In this document: positions 1-10,885 of the stretch, one piece after another
How the letters are laid out: each line of letters starts with the position of its first letter
Position numbering within the stretch: the first letter of the stretch is position 1
Assembly (NCBI GenBank): GCA_045605445.1
Contig: JAZUPZ010000021.1
Coordinates: 31,288-95,287 of the forward strand
Reading direction: 5' to 3'
Source of the DNA: Clostridia bacterium
Lineage (GTDB): Bacteria; Bacillota; Clostridia; RGIG6154
DNA: 64,000 nt
Position numbers and translations under genes: made by a program
Notes under the pieces: generated by a model
What the model saw: only the letters and a program-made list of their open reading frames with translations
Databases searched by the model: none
What the model was told of the DNA's origin: nothing

Positions 1-108
1 CTTTGTATGAAAGCTGATATTCCTTTTAATTTTCAGTATACAATGCAGGAACTTGGTGAAGCCGGTGGAATTAAGGTTTCAGCTGCAGTTGTTACTGTAC
101 TTAAATAG
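1..108 (+). CDS. 3' part of L7Ae/YbxF-family ribosomal protein (truncated by window edge)
   Basis: Frame 1 reads LCMKADIPFNFQYTMQELGEAGGIKVSAAVVTVLK*, matching the L7Ae C-terminal 'ELG.A.GI.V.AA' pattern; directly upstream of rpsL as in Firmicutes. Confidence 0.8.
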   Translation, partial: LCMKADIPFNFQYTMQELGEAGGIKVSAAVVTVLK

Positions 109-159
109 TTATGAAGCGAAAGCTTTATATAAAAAATTTATATACGGAGGTGAAATATA

Positions 160-576
160 TTGCCAACCTTTAACCAGTTAGTTAGAAAGGGTCGTCAGAC
201 TTCTGCAAATAAGTCTACAGCTCCTGCACTTTTGAAAGGATTTAACTCTATCAAAAAAACTATGGTAGACCAGAATTCTCCTCAGAAGAGAGGCGTTTGC
301 ACTTATGTTAAGACTATGACACCTAAAAAGCCTAACTCAGCTCTCAGAAAGATTGCCAGAGTAAGATTGTCAAACGGTATCGAAGTAACATCTTACATTC
401 CGGGTATCGGACACAATCTTCAGGAACATAGCGTTGTTCTTATCAGAGGCGGAAGAGTTAAAGATTTACCTGGTGTGCGTTATCATATCATCAGAGGTAC
501 ACTTGATACTTCAGGTGTTGCTAACAGAAACCAGAGCAGATCTAAGTACGGTGCTAAGAAACCGAAAAAGAAATAA
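160..576 (+). CDS. rpsL: 30S ribosomal protein S12
   Basis: [33 protein letters not shown]; TTG start after GGAGGTG. Confidence 0.99.
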   Translation: MPTFNQLVRKGRQTSANKSTAPALLKGFNSIKKTMVDQNSPQKRGVCTYVKTMTPKKPNSALRKIARVRLSNGIEVTSYIPGIGHNLQEHSVVLIRGGRVKDLPGVRYHIIRGTLDTSGVANRNQSRSKYGAKKPKKK

Positions 577-590
577 CTAATAATGAATTA

Positions 591-684
591 AGGTAGTGCT
601 TCAGGCATTTTATATATATTTAATGCCACATAGCACAACGGGTTATATTGAATAATCCGAGTACCTGTGATTTGTTTATCACAC
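591..684 (+). ncRNA. putative structured rpsL-rpsG intercistronic RNA (candidate S7-binding leader)
   Basis: Nested stems AGGTA/TACCT, GTGCT/AGCAC, GGCATT/AATGCC, CGGGTTA/TAATCCG, plus TGTGAT/ATCACA next to the rpsG RBS. Confidence 0.5.
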
Positions 685-701
685 TAAAGGAGGGAAGTAA
701 C

Positions 702-1172
702 GTGCCAAGACGTGGCTTTATTGCAAAAAGAGAGGTTATGCCCGATCCTATGTATAATTCAGTTGTTGTTACAAGACTTATCAACAACATTATGCTTGAC
801 GGTAAAAAGGGCGTAGCTCAGAAAATTGTTTATGATGCATTTGAAATTATTGCTGAAAAGACAGGTAAAGATGCATTGGAAGCTTTTGAAGAAGCTATGA
901 ATAACATTATGCCGGTATTGGAAGTTAAGGCTAGAAGAGTCGGCGGTGCAACTTATCAGGTTCCAATGGAAGTTAGACCTGAAAGAAGACAGACACTTGG
1001 TCTCAGATGGCTTACAACTTATTCAAGAGGTAGAAACGAAAAAACTATGCGTGAAAGATTAGCAAACGAAATTCTCGATGCTATCAATAACACCGGTAAT
1101 GCAGTTAAGAAAAAAGAAGATACACACAAAATGGCAGAAGCAAACAAAGCATTTGCTCACTATCGTTGGTAA
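702..1172 (+). CDS. rpsG: 30S ribosomal protein S7
   Basis: GTG start at 702 after AAGGAGGG gives 156 aa; [26 protein letters not shown]. Confidence 0.99.
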   Translation: MPRRGFIAKREVMPDPMYNSVVVTRLINNIMLDGKKGVAQKIVYDAFEIIAEKTGKDALEAFEEAMNNIMPVLEVKARRVGGATYQVPMEVRPERRQTLGLRWLTTYSRGRNEKTMRERLANEILDAINNTGNAVKKKEDTHKMAEANKAFAHYRW

Positions 1173-1255
1173 TCTTGTGCGAAAACTTTACAGTTTTTGG
1201 CATATTTCTTACTGGAAATATTCATAATATCTTTGAAAGGAGGAAAATGTGAATT

Positions 1256-3340
1256 ATGGCTAGACAATATTCACTTGAAAATACCAGAAATATTGGTATC
1301 ATGGCTCATATCGATGCAGGTAAAACAACCACCACCGAAAGAATTCTTTACTACACAGGTCGTATCCATAAAATGGGTGAAACACACGACGGTGCAGGAA
1401 CAATGGACTGGATGGTTCAGGAGCAGGAACGTGGTATTACTATCACATCTGCTGCAACAACCTGTTTCTGGAAAGGTATGAGAATTAATATAATCGATAC
1501 CCCCGGACACGTTGACTTTACAGTTGAAGTTCAGCGTTCATTGAGAGTACTTGATGGTTCTGTAACCGTTATGTGCGCAAAGGGTGGTGTTGAACCGCAG
1601 TCTGAAACTGTTTGGAGACAGGCTGATGATTACAAAGTACCGAGAATGATATACGTTAACAAAATGGATATCATGGGTGCTGACTTCTACAATGTAGAAA
1701 AGATGGTTCATGAAAGACTTAAGGCTAATGGTGTTCCGATTCAGCTTCCTATCGGTGCTGAAGATGAATTTAAAGGAATTATCGACCTTATGACTATGAA
1801 AGCAGAAGTATACTATGATGAAATGGGTATGCAGTACGGCGAGGAAGAAATTCCTGCTGATATGATGGCAAAAGCTGAAGAATACCACAACAAAATGGTA
1901 GAAGCTATCTGCGAAACAGATGAAGATCTTATGATGAAGTATCTTGAGGGCGAAGAAATCACTGTTGCTGAACTTAAAGCAGCTTTGAGAAAAGCTACTA
2001 TCAACAACGAAATCGTTCCTATGCTTTGCGGTACTTCATACAGGAATAAAGGTGTACAGCTTCTTCTTGATGCTGTTATCGATTATATGCCTGCACCAAC
2101 TGATGTTGCTAACATCAAAGGTGTTAATCCTGAAACAGAAGAAGAGGAAGAAAGACCTTCTTCAGACGACGAACCATTTGCAGCTTTGGCATTCAAAATT
2201 GCTACTGACCCGTTCGTTGGTAAAATCTGCTTTTTCAGAGTTTACTCAGGGTCTATAAATGCAGGCTCATACGTCCTCAACTCCTGCAAAGGAAACAGAG
2301 AAAGACTCGGAAGAATTCTTCAGATGCATTCAAATCACAGAGAAGACATCGAAACTGTTTATTCCGGTGATATCGCAGCAGCTGTTGGTCTCAAAAACAC
2401 AACAACAGGTGACACACTTTGCGACGAAAAACATCCTGTAATTCTCGAATCAATGGAATTCCCGGAACCTGTTATTAACGTTGCAATTGAACCTAAAACA
2501 AAAGCAGGTCAGGAAAAGATGGGTATCGCTCTTGCAAAACTTGCAGAAGAAGATCCTACATTCAAGACCTATACAGATGAAGAAACAGGTCAGACGATTA
2601 TCGCAGGTATGGGTGAACTCCACCTCGAAATTATCGTTGACAGACTTCTTCGTGAATTCAAAGTTGAAGCTAACGTAGGTGCTCCACAGGTTTCGTATAA
2701 AGAGTCTATCACTCAGACTGTTGAAACTGAATGTAAGTACGCTCGTCAGTCAGGTGGTAAAGGTCAGTATGGTCATGTTGTTATGACTATGGAACCTTTA
2801 GAGCCGGGTTCAGGTTATGAATTCGTTAATAAAATTGTCGGCGGTGCTATTCCTAAGGAATACATTCCTGCTGTTGATGCCGGTATTAAAGGCGCAATGC
2901 AGAACGGTATTCTTGCCGGCTACAACGTAGTTGACGTCAGATGTACTCTTACTTATGGTTCTTACCATGAAGTTGACTCATCTGAAATGGCATTTAAGAT
3001 TGCTGCTTCAATGGCGTTCAAAGACGGCATGAAGAAAGCAAATCCGGTTCTTCTCGAACCTATTATGCAGGTTGACGTTGTTGTTCCTGATGAATACATG
3101 GGTGACGTTATGGGTGACCTTAACTCACGTCGTGGTCAGATTCAGGGTATGGAAGCAAGAAACGGTGCTCAGGCAATTCATGCTTTTGTTCCGTTGTCAG
3201 AAATGTTTGGTTATGCAACAGATATGCGTTCTAATACTCAGGGTAGAGGACAGTATACAATGCAGCCAAGTCATTTTGACCCTGTTCCGAAGAATATTAT
3301 GGAAAAAATTATTGCTGAAAGAACAAAAGGCAAAGAATAA
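1256..3340 (+). CDS. fusA: elongation factor G
   Basis: [24 protein letters not shown] motifs; 694 aa; str operon position. Confidence 0.99.
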   Translation: MARQYSLENTRNIGIMAHIDAGKTTTTERILYYTGRIHKMGETHDGAGTMDWMVQEQERGITITSAATTCFWKGMRINIIDTPGHVDFTVEVQRSLRVLDGSVTVMCAKGGVEPQSETVWRQADDYKVPRMIYVNKMDIMGADFYNVEKMVHERLKANGVPIQLPIGAEDEFKGIIDLMTMKAEVYYDEMGMQYGEEEIPADMMAKAEEYHNKMVEAICETDEDLMMKYLEGEEITVAELKAALRKATINNEIVPMLCGTSYRNKGVQLLLDAVIDYMPAPTDVANIKGVNPETEEEEERPSSDDEPFAALAFKIATDPFVGKICFFRVYSGSINAGSYVLNSCKGNRERLGRILQMHSNHREDIETVYSGDIAAAVGLKNTTTGDTLCDEKHPVILESMEFPEPVINVAIEPKTKAGQEKMGIALAKLAEEDPTFKTYTDEETGQTIIAGMGELHLEIIVDRLLREFKVEANVGAPQVSYKESITQTVETECKYARQSGGKGQYGHVVMTMEPLEPGSGYEFVNKIVGGAIPKEYIPAVDAGIKGAMQNGILAGYNVVDVRCTLTYGSYHEVDSSEMAFKIAASMAFKDGMKKANPVLLEPIMQVDVVVPDEYMGDVMGDLNSRRGQIQGMEARNGAQAIHAFVPLSEMFGYATDMRSNTQGRGQYTMQPSHFDPVPKNIMEKIIAERTKGKE

Positions 3341-3351
3341 GCAAAAAACTA

Positions 3352-3380
3352 TTGCTTTTTTTTCAAAAATAGTTTATACT
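3352..3380 (+). promoter_or_regulatory. internal sigma-A promoter for tuf
   Basis: TTGCTT-17 nt-TATACT. Confidence 0.6.
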
Positions 3381-3431
3381 AAATGTAATTAAGTTTAAAA
3401 ACTCAAAATTTTTAAATAGGAGGATTTTAAA

Positions 3432-4634
3432 ATGGCTAAGGAAAAATTTGAAAGAAATAAGCCACATGTTAACATTGGTACCATTGGTCACGTTGACCAT
3501 GGTAAAACAACCCTTACAGCTGCTATTACAAAAGTATTGGCACTTCAGGGTAAAGCACAGTTCGAAGCTTATGATATGATCGATAAAGCTCCGGAAGAAA
3601 GAGAAAGAGGTATCACTATCTCTACAGCTCACGTTGAATACGAAACAGAAAACAGACACTATGCACACGTTGACTGCCCAGGTCATGCTGACTACGTTAA
3701 GAACATGATCACCGGTGCTGCTCAGATGGACGGTGCTATCCTCGTTGTTTCAGCTGCTGACGGTCCTATGCCTCAGACAAGAGAACACATCCTTCTTGCT
3801 AGACAGGTTGGCGTTCCTTACATTGTTGTATTCATGAACAAAGTTGACCAGGTAGACGATCCTGAATTGCTCGAATTGGTTGAAATGGAAATCAGAGAAC
3901 TTCTTAACGAATACGAATTCCCGGGAGATGATACTCCTATCGTTAAAGGTTCAGGTCTCCAGGTTCTTGAATCTACATCACAGGATCCTAACGCTCCTGA
4001 ATATGCTCCAATCAACGAACTTATGGCAGAAGTTGACGCTTATATCCCAACTCCTGAAAGAAAAGCAGACCTTCCGTTCCTTATGCCTGTTGAAGACGTA
4101 TTCTCAATCACAGGTCGTGGTACAGTTGCTACAGGTAGAGTAGAAAGAGGACAGCTCAACCTCAACGACGAAGTTGAAATCGTTGGTCTTACAGACGAAT
4201 CAAGAAAAGTTGTTGTTACAGGTATCGAAATGTTCAGAAAGCTCCTTGACTATGCTGAAGCTGGCGATAACGTTGGTGTACTTCTCAGAGGTATCCAGAG
4301 AAACGAAATCGAAAGAGGACAGGTTCTTGCTAAACCGGGAACAATTCACCCACACAAGAAATTCAAAGGTGAAGTTTACGTTCTTACAAAAGACGAAGGT
4401 GGTCGTCATACACCATTCTTCAACAACTACAGACCACAGTTCTACTTCAGAACAACTGACGTTACAGGTGTTATCAACCTCCCAGCTGGCACAGAAATGT
4501 GTATGCCTGGCGATAACGTTACAATGGATGTTGAACTTATCACTCCTATTGCTATTGAAGAAGGACTCAGATTCGCTATCCGTGAAGGTGGTAGAACAGT
4601 AGGTTCAGGCGTTGTTACAGCTATCAACGAATAA
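3432..4634 (+). CDS. tuf: elongation factor Tu
   Basis: [28 protein letters not shown]; 400 aa. Confidence 0.99.
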   Translation: MAKEKFERNKPHVNIGTIGHVDHGKTTLTAAITKVLALQGKAQFEAYDMIDKAPEERERGITISTAHVEYETENRHYAHVDCPGHADYVKNMITGAAQMDGAILVVSAADGPMPQTREHILLARQVGVPYIVVFMNKVDQVDDPELLELVEMEIRELLNEYEFPGDDTPIVKGSGLQVLESTSQDPNAPEYAPINELMAEVDAYIPTPERKADLPFLMPVEDVFSITGRGTVATGRVERGQLNLNDEVEIVGLTDESRKVVVTGIEMFRKLLDYAEAGDNVGVLLRGIQRNEIERGQVLAKPGTIHPHKKFKGEVYVLTKDEGGRHTPFFNNYRPQFYFRTTDVTGVINLPAGTEMCMPGDNVTMDVELITPIAIEEGLRFAIREGGRTVGSGVVTAINE

Positions 4635-4647
4635 TCATTACTGATTT

Positions 4648-4678
4648 AAACAGACTATGCTTGCATAGTCTGTTTTTT
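4648..4678 (+). terminator. intrinsic terminator after tuf
   Basis: AAACAGACTATGC/GCATAGTCTGTTT stem followed by a T run. Confidence 0.9.
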
Positions 4679-4767
4679 ATGTTAATTTTTCACACATACA
4701 CTTTAAAATTTGCCCCTTTTCTTTTGGCGGTTATTGTGGTAAAATTTACTATAAGGAGAGTGAGAAA

Positions 4768-7248
4768 ATGATTTACTGCGACAATCTGGTTATCGGAAGT
4801 ACATTTTTTGCTGTTGGTTTTGCCTTGAAAAACAAGAATACACTTATAATAGATAAAGCATCAAGACTTGGCTATGAATATATGGATTCTTTTGATAACA
4901 GTTTTCAGGATATAACTATTACTCTTTCAAACGATGCAAATAAATTGTATAATGAACTTAAAGACAGAAATGTAATATCTGATACTCACAAACCGATTAT
5001 CTCTGCGTATGCTTCTGTTTTGAGCAGAATTGTAAAAGATAATGAGATAAATGTTCTTTTCAGAACAGTGATAGTTGATACTGATAAAACAGAAAACGGC
5101 TATATAGTTAAAATTTCTAATGTAGACGGTATAACAGAGGTTAAGTGTAAAAGAATTATAGATACGACTGCTAAAAACTATAGCAGTAAATCTTTGAATG
5201 CACTTTTGGTGAGGAACAATGAGGCTGAAGTTAAAAATCGTCGTTATATACTTGTTTCGGGTGAAAAAAGTGATATAATGTATCTTAAATTTTTTATTAA
5301 AAATAACAGCGATTTACAGAACGCCAGAAATGTGCTCTATAATTTTGTTCGTAATGAATTATGTTCAGCAAAGCTTGTTCAGACTGCGTATGAGTTTGAA
5401 TATTATTATGGTAAAGTAAATACTTCGTCAGACTCATACAAAAATCCGGTTCTCTCTTTTAATGCAGGTTTGAATTATACCAAAACAGAAGAATATAAAT
5501 TTGATAAAAATATTATAAAAGAGGAGTTTGAAGTTGTAGTATGCGGACTTGGAACCGCAGGTTCAATTGCTGCAGTTGTAAGCGGCGAATCAGGGGCTAA
5601 AACTTTAGGGCTTGAAACAGAAGCACTGATTGGCGGAATTCCAACTGCAGGACACGTTCTCGGATACTACTACGGGGGCGAAGGCGGAAGATATGAAGAT
5701 TCCGATAAAAAAGCTTATAAAAACAACAAACACTTTGCCCTTGCAAACAAAATATTTTTTGATCATTTGCTTCCTGATGCAAAAGTTGAAGTTCTTGAAA
5801 ATGAATCTGAAACAGCAGGGGTGAATATAAAATACAGAGCATTTGTATATGATGTTATTAAAGAAAAAAACAAGGTTACAGGTTTAAGGTATGTCTGCGA
5901 AAATAAGCTTTATGAGGTTCGTTGCAAATATGTTATCGATGCAACGGGAGAAGCAGATATATGTGCACTTGCGGGCGTTCATACCATCAGAGGAAGAGAA
6001 AACGATTCAAAAGTACAGCCGTTTTCTGTTTGTACAATGACGGTTGACAAAGATTCTGTTAAGAGTTATTATTGTGATAACGGCTACATTAACCCTAACT
6101 GTGCAGATGAATACTCTAAAGTTCTCATTGACACATATACACAAAAGATGTTCCTTAAACAAAAATATGATAACGAAACTTTCTTTTCTGTAATTGCACC
6201 TATGCCCGGAACGAGAGAAGGACGACATATAAAAGCTGTAAAAAATATCTCGTTTAAAGATTATCTTTCGGGTTTTAAGGGCGCAAAGCCGTTGTTTTAT
6301 GCATATTCAAATATGGATACCCATGGAACAGAACACGCCTTTGAAAGTGATATATATATCGAGTGGGCAGTAGTGTCAAGATTGAGAAAAAAACTTTTTG
6401 CTGTGCCTGTGTGTGCAGAAAACCTCATTCCGGAAAATGTTGACGGAATAATTGCTGCAGGTAAGGGGATAGGCGTAGAACACGATATTTCTCCCTGTGT
6501 CAGAATGAAAAGAGATATGCAGAAATCCGGGGAAGCAGCAGCAAGGTTTGCCTGTATGTGTATAAAAGCAAATTCTGCTCTCTTGCAACTTGACTATGCT
6601 GAAATTAAAGCAGAACTTGAAAAAACAGGATGTCTTGATGAAAAAAACAATAAGACCGAATTGAATATCGGCAAACTTGAAGACGGCACCAAAATTTGTG
6701 TTAACGGTGAATGGTATAAAAATATTGATACTATCCACGAAAAAATGAAAGACAAAAAGCTTTCATCTATTGCAATATTTTCTGCATATATGCTTGATAT
6801 TAGGGAAAACCTTAAAGAGTGGCTTAACGAAAATGATATTTCTTATAATGCAGTTCTTGCACTTGGATTGCTTGGCGACAAATCTGCGCTTCCTGTTTTA
6901 AGGGAAAGAGTAAAAAAACATCCTTTGATGGATACTTCGTCAAACAGAGATGATTTGCTTGATGATATGTCTGCGATTTATCTTGCAGGTAAAATGAGCG
7001 ATGCAGAAAGTGTTGAAGATATAATAAACATATTTGAAAAGAGTAAAAACAATGAAATGAGAAATCAGTATCTTTTCTTCTCAATAAATGCAATAAAAAG
7101 ATTCTATACAAAAGGATTTATTGAAAAAGACAGATATATAGCTCTTATAAATTCAATAGAAAATGTAAGGATATGCTTAAGTCTTACAGAGGATATTTAT
7201 AATGACATAACCGAGCAGATAAAAAATTATATGAAAGAGGTGCTTTAA
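4768..7248 (+). CDS. FAD-dependent oxidoreductase (FAD_oxidored-like) with a degenerate N-terminal FAD-like domain and a C-terminal HEAT-like region
   Basis: Intact Rossmann motif VVVCGLGTAG (about aa 257), VIDATGEAD, IAAGKGIG; N-terminal LVIGSTFFAVG and IIDTT look like decayed copies; LALGLLGDKSALPVLRE is HEAT-like. Confidence 0.75.
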   Translation: MIYCDNLVIGSTFFAVGFALKNKNTLIIDKASRLGYEYMDSFDNSFQDITITLSNDANKLYNELKDRNVISDTHKPIISAYASVLSRIVKDNEINVLFRTVIVDTDKTENGYIVKISNVDGITEVKCKRIIDTTAKNYSSKSLNALLVRNNEAEVKNRRYILVSGEKSDIMYLKFFIKNNSDLQNARNVLYNFVRNELCSAKLVQTAYEFEYYYGKVNTSSDSYKNPVLSFNAGLNYTKTEEYKFDKNIIKEEFEVVVCGLGTAGSIAAVVSGESGAKTLGLETEALIGGIPTAGHVLGYYYGGEGGRYEDSDKKAYKNNKHFALANKIFFDHLLPDAKVEVLENESETAGVNIKYRAFVYDVIKEKNKVTGLRYVCENKLYEVRCKYVIDATGEADICALAGVHTIRGRENDSKVQPFSVCTMTVDKDSVKSYYCDNGYINPNCADEYSKVLIDTYTQKMFLKQKYDNETFFSVIAPMPGTREGRHIKAVKNISFKDYLSGFKGAKPLFYAYSNMDTHGTEHAFESDIYIEWAVVSRLRKKLFAVPVCAENLIPENVDGIIAAGKGIGVEHDISPCVRMKRDMQKSGEAAARFACMCIKANSALLQLDYAEIKAELEKTGCLDEKNNKTELNIGKLEDGTKICVNGEWYKNIDTIHEKMKDKKLSSIAIFSAYMLDIRENLKEWLNENDISYNAVLALGLLGDKSALPVLRERVKKHPLMDTSSNRDDLLDDMSAIYLAGKMSDAESVEDIINIFEKSKNNEMRNQYLFFSINAIKRFYTKGFIEKDRYIALINSIENVRICLSLTEDIYNDITEQIKNYMKEVL

Positions 7249-7668
7249 ATGTTAAAAGGAATACCAAATCAGATTTCACCTGAGCTTCTTAAAATTCTTA
7301 TGGAAATGGGTCACGGTGACGAGCTTGTAATTTCAGACGGAAATTTCCCTGCAGCATCAATTGCAAAAAGACTTGTACGTGCAGACGGATTAGGCGGAGT
7401 TGAAATTCTTAATGCAATTTTAAAACTTTTTCCGCTTGATACTTATGCAGATCCCGTTTACCTTATGGCAAAAGTTCCCGGTGATGATGTGGAAACTCCT
7501 ATCTGGGACGAGTATAAAAAAGAAATATCTGAGTATTCAGATGCAGAAGTAAAATTTCTTGAAAGATTTGAGTTTTACGAAAGAGCAAAAGATGCCTACG
7601 CGGTACTGATTACAGGAGAATCGGCACTTTATGCAAACATTATTATAAAAAAAGGCGTAGTAAAATAA
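7249..7668 (+). CDS. fucU: L-fucose mutarotase / RbsD-FucU family
   Basis: MLKGIP..ISPELLKILMEMGHGDELVISDGNFP, ERFEFYERAK, TGESALYANIIIKKGV. Confidence 0.9.
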   Translation: MLKGIPNQISPELLKILMEMGHGDELVISDGNFPAASIAKRLVRADGLGGVEILNAILKLFPLDTYADPVYLMAKVPGDDVETPIWDEYKKEISEYSDAEVKFLERFEFYERAKDAYAVLITGESALYANIIIKKGVVK

Positions 7669-7669
7669 G

Positions 7670-7707
7670 AATTATAAAACCGCAGAAATTTCTGCGGTTT
7701 TATAATT
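7670..7707. terminator. bidirectional terminator (38-bp perfect palindrome)
   Basis: AATTATAAAACCGCAGAA-AT-TTCTGCGGTTTTATAATT directly after the fucU stop. Confidence 0.85.
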
Positions 7708-7727
7708 ATCTTTTTCCATACTAAATA

Positions 7728-7756
7728 TTGAAGATTTTTTCTGTATATGTTATAAT
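7728..7756 (+). promoter_or_regulatory. sigma-A promoter, extended -10
   Basis: TTGAAG-17 nt-TATAAT with TG at 7748-7749. Confidence 0.7.
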
Positions 7757-7995
7757 TGACACATACAGAATTTTATTTTATAAAATTTCCAAGAGCTAAC
7801 GCTCTTTTGCGCTTTTGCGAGCACTGTGTCAATTGACGGCGTCGTAAAAATGCCCTTGCAAGCAAGCGTTTTACTCCTGGTAAATGATTTTGCGGCATCT
7901 GAATCGTGCACGAATTCTATAATGAAACGTGTATTATGAATAGTCCACAGTTACTGGTGCTGAAAATCTCATAATTTATATTAAGGAGAAAATTT

Positions 7996-8283
7996 ATGTA
8001 TACTATTTATGTAATTTTTAAATGTATTCCTGGTAAAAGGGAAGAATATATTGAAAAACTGAAATCAAAGGGAATAATTGATGAAGTAAGAAAAGAAGAC
8101 GGCTGTATCAGATATGATTATTATTTTTCTGAAAAAGATGCCGATGAAATTCTTCTTATTGAAGCTTGGGAAAGCAAAAAACATCAGGAAATTCACATTG
8201 AACAGCCTCACATGGCACGTCTTCGTGAAATCAAACCGGATTATGTAATTTCAACAAAGCTTGGTGAATTTGAATTAAAATAA
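7996..8283 (+). CDS. antibiotic biosynthesis monooxygenase (ABM/YgiN-like) domain protein
   Basis: 95 aa; VRKEDGCIRYDY, LLIEAWES, H...PHM pattern; AAGGAG RBS. Confidence 0.8.
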   Translation: MYTIYVIFKCIPGKREEYIEKLKSKGIIDEVRKEDGCIRYDYYFSEKDADEILLIEAWESKKHQEIHIEQPHMARLREIKPDYVISTKLGEFELK

Positions 8284-8307
8284 AACTATTTAACCGAAAG
8301 GATAATT

Positions 8308-10872
8308 ATGAAAAAATTATTGATTTTTGACGGTAACAGTATTTTAAACAGAGCTTTTTACGGAATAAGAGTTTTGTCAAACTCAAAGGGGCAGTATACA
8401 AATGGCGTATACGGCTTTCTTAACATATTCTTTAAATTTATTGAAGAGGAAAAGCCGGATTATCTTGCGGTTGCTTTTGACCTTAAGGCGAAGACTTTCA
8501 GACATAAAATGTATGACGGATATAAGGCTCAGAGGAAGGGAATGCCTCCTGAGCTTGCTGAGCAGATGCCTTATCTTAAAGAAATTTTAAGTGCTATGAA
8601 TGTTTCCTGTCTTCAGCTGGAGGGTTTTGAAGCAGATGACATAATCGGTACGGTTTCAAAACAGTGTGATGACAACGATATCAATTGTGTTATTGTTACA
8701 GGCGATAAGGATGATTTGCAGCTTGCTTCTGATAAAATAACTGTAAGACTTGTTGTGACCAGAGCCGGAACAACAACTACAACAGACTATGATTATAAAG
8801 CAGTTCTTGAAAAGATGGGAGTTACTCCTGAGGAGTTCATTTCAGTTAAAGCACTTATGGGAGACACCTCTGATAATATTCCGGGGGTTAAGGGGATTGG
8901 CGAAAAGTCTGCCTTTTCACTTATTCAGCAATACAAGACAATTGATAACCTTTATGAACATACCGATGAGTTAAAGGGTGCTCAGCAGACAAAAATTATT
9001 GATGGCAAAGATATGGCATATTTAAGCTATGGATTATCTAAAATAGACAGAAATGTTCCTGTATCCGAAAAAATTGATGATATGTTGATAAAAGAATATA
9101 ATAAACCTTTACTTTATGAAAAGCTTTCAGAACTCGAACTGAAAAGTATTATAACAAAGCTTGGTCTTGAAAATGAGAGCAAATTAGAAAAGGTGGATTT
9201 TGAATTTTGCGAAATCGCTTCTCCTTCTGTAATAGAGTCGATAATAACCGATAAAATATTTTACCTCCTCAATATCGGAAAAGGTATTGAATCTATTTGC
9301 ATTTATTCTGACGGAAAGATATATCGTAAAGAATTTGTAACAGCCTTTGAGGTGATTGAATACATCGAGGTTTTCTCAAAAATCTTTGGAAATCCTGATA
9401 TTAAAAAAGTGTCACATGATATAAAGAAGGACATTGTATTTCTTTCACAGAATTACGGTATAGAATATTCCGGTCAAATTTTTGATACTAAAATTGCTGC
9501 ATATATTCTTGAACCGTCACGAAATTCTTATGAAATTGGTGAGCTTGCAGAAGTTTATCTCAGAATCGGCGAACTTGAATGCGATGAATGTTGCGGTATA
9601 CTTGAAAGTCTGGAATGTAAACTTTCTGAAGCAATAAAAGAGAATGAACAGGAAGAACTTCTGTACGAAGTGGAGTTTCCTTTGGTTTATGTTCTTGCAT
9701 GTATGGAAAAAGAGGGGTTCAGGGTAAATAAGGAAAGTCTGGCAGAATTTTCAGAGATGCTTAACAAAAGAATAAGCGTACTTGAAAACGAAATTTACGA
9801 TTGTGCGGGAGAAGTTTTTAATATAAACTCACCTAAACAGCTTGGGGTGATTCTTTTTGAAAAATTAGGTTTGCCTGCAGTTAAGAAAACAAAAACAGGC
9901 TATTCAACCAATGCTGATGTTCTTGAAAAGCTTAAACATAAGCATATTATTATTTCATATATAATGGAATACAGGGTTCTTGCAAAGCTTAAGTCAACTT
10001 ATGCAGACGGATTGTACAATGTTATAAACGAAAGCACCGGTAAGATAAATTCAAGCTTTAATCAGACAATCACAACAACGGGAAGAATAAGTTCAACAGA
10101 ACCTAACCTTCAGAACATTCCCGTTCGTCTTGAACTTGGAAGAGAAATAAGAAAAATGTTTGTTGCATCTGACGAGGATCACATTCTTGTTGATGCTGAT
10201 TATTCGCAGATTGAGCTTCGTGTGCTGGCTCATATTGCAGAAGATAAAACAATGAGTGAAGGTTTTGTTAACGGGATAGATGTTCATTCCAATACTGCTT
10301 CTCAGGTATTTGGAGTGCCTATTGAAATGGTAACATCGGATATGCGATCAAAAGCAAAAGCTGTAAATTTCGGAATAGTATACGGAATAGGCTCTTTCAG
10401 CTTGTCACAGGACATTCACGTAACCAAAAAACAAGCTGATGAATATATTCAAAGCTATTTTGATAAATATACCGGTATAAAGACCTATCTTGACAACGTT
10501 GTTGAATTTGCCAGAGAAAACGGGTATGTAAAAACTCTCTTAAACAGAAGGCGTTATATTCCGGAAATAAAGGCATCAAACTTTAACCTGAGATCTTTTG
10601 GTGAAAGAGTTGCAATGAATGCACCTATACAGGGCTATGCGGCAGATATTATCAAAATTGCAATGGTAAAGGTATATAATCGTCTTAAGGCAGAAAACCT
10701 TTTGTCGAAGCTTATTTTACAGGTACATGACGAGCTTATTGTTGATGCACTGAAGAGTGAAGAAGAACAGGTAAAAAAAATCTTAAAAGAAGAAATGGAA
10801 AATGCCGTAAAACTGAATGTGCCGTTGGTTGTAGAAATGAAAAGCGGTAACAGTTGGTATGAAACCAAATAA
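8308..10872 (+). CDS. polA: DNA polymerase I
   Basis: 5' nuclease motifs (DGNS, EADD, GDTSDNIPGV); polymerase motifs DYSQIELR, KAVNFGIVYG, QVHDEL. Confidence 0.99.
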   Translation: MKKLLIFDGNSILNRAFYGIRVLSNSKGQYTNGVYGFLNIFFKFIEEEKPDYLAVAFDLKAKTFRHKMYDGYKAQRKGMPPELAEQMPYLKEILSAMNVSCLQLEGFEADDIIGTVSKQCDDNDINCVIVTGDKDDLQLASDKITVRLVVTRAGTTTTTDYDYKAVLEKMGVTPEEFISVKALMGDTSDNIPGVKGIGEKSAFSLIQQYKTIDNLYEHTDELKGAQQTKIIDGKDMAYLSYGLSKIDRNVPVSEKIDDMLIKEYNKPLLYEKLSELELKSIITKLGLENESKLEKVDFEFCEIASPSVIESIITDKIFYLLNIGKGIESICIYSDGKIYRKEFVTAFEVIEYIEVFSKIFGNPDIKKVSHDIKKDIVFLSQNYGIEYSGQIFDTKIAAYILEPSRNSYEIGELAEVYLRIGELECDECCGILESLECKLSEAIKENEQEELLYEVEFPLVYVLACMEKEGFRVNKESLAEFSEMLNKRISVLENEIYDCAGEVFNINSPKQLGVILFEKLGLPAVKKTKTGYSTNADVLEKLKHKHIIISYIMEYRVLAKLKSTYADGLYNVINESTGKINSSFNQTITTTGRISSTEPNLQNIPVRLELGREIRKMFVASDEDHILVDADYSQIELRVLAHIAEDKTMSEGFVNGIDVHSNTASQVFGVPIEMVTSDMRSKAKAVNFGIVYGIGSFSLSQDIHVTKKQADEYIQSYFDKYTGIKTYLDNVVEFARENGYVKTLLNRRRYIPEIKASNFNLRSFGERVAMNAPIQGYAADIIKIAMVKVYNRLKAENLLSKLILQVHDELIVDALKSEEEQVKKILKEEMENAVKLNVPLVVEMKSGNSWYETK

Positions 10873-10885
10873 AAGAAGGATTTAT

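Noticed and set aside
7670-7707. 38-bp perfect palindrome as a recombination site
   Set aside because: Position right after a stop codon and its A/T tails fit a bidirectional terminator
7752-7950. Open frames in the GC-rich leader (+7850-7939; minus-strand FTRSKTL faintly like IS4 N-termini)
   Set aside because: No RBS or credible start; similarity too weak to call a transposase remnant
7790-7965. Assignment as 6S RNA, SAM, purine, c-di-AMP or preQ1 riboswitch
   Set aside because: Only isolated few-nucleotide matches, in the wrong order or spacing; needs a covariance-model search
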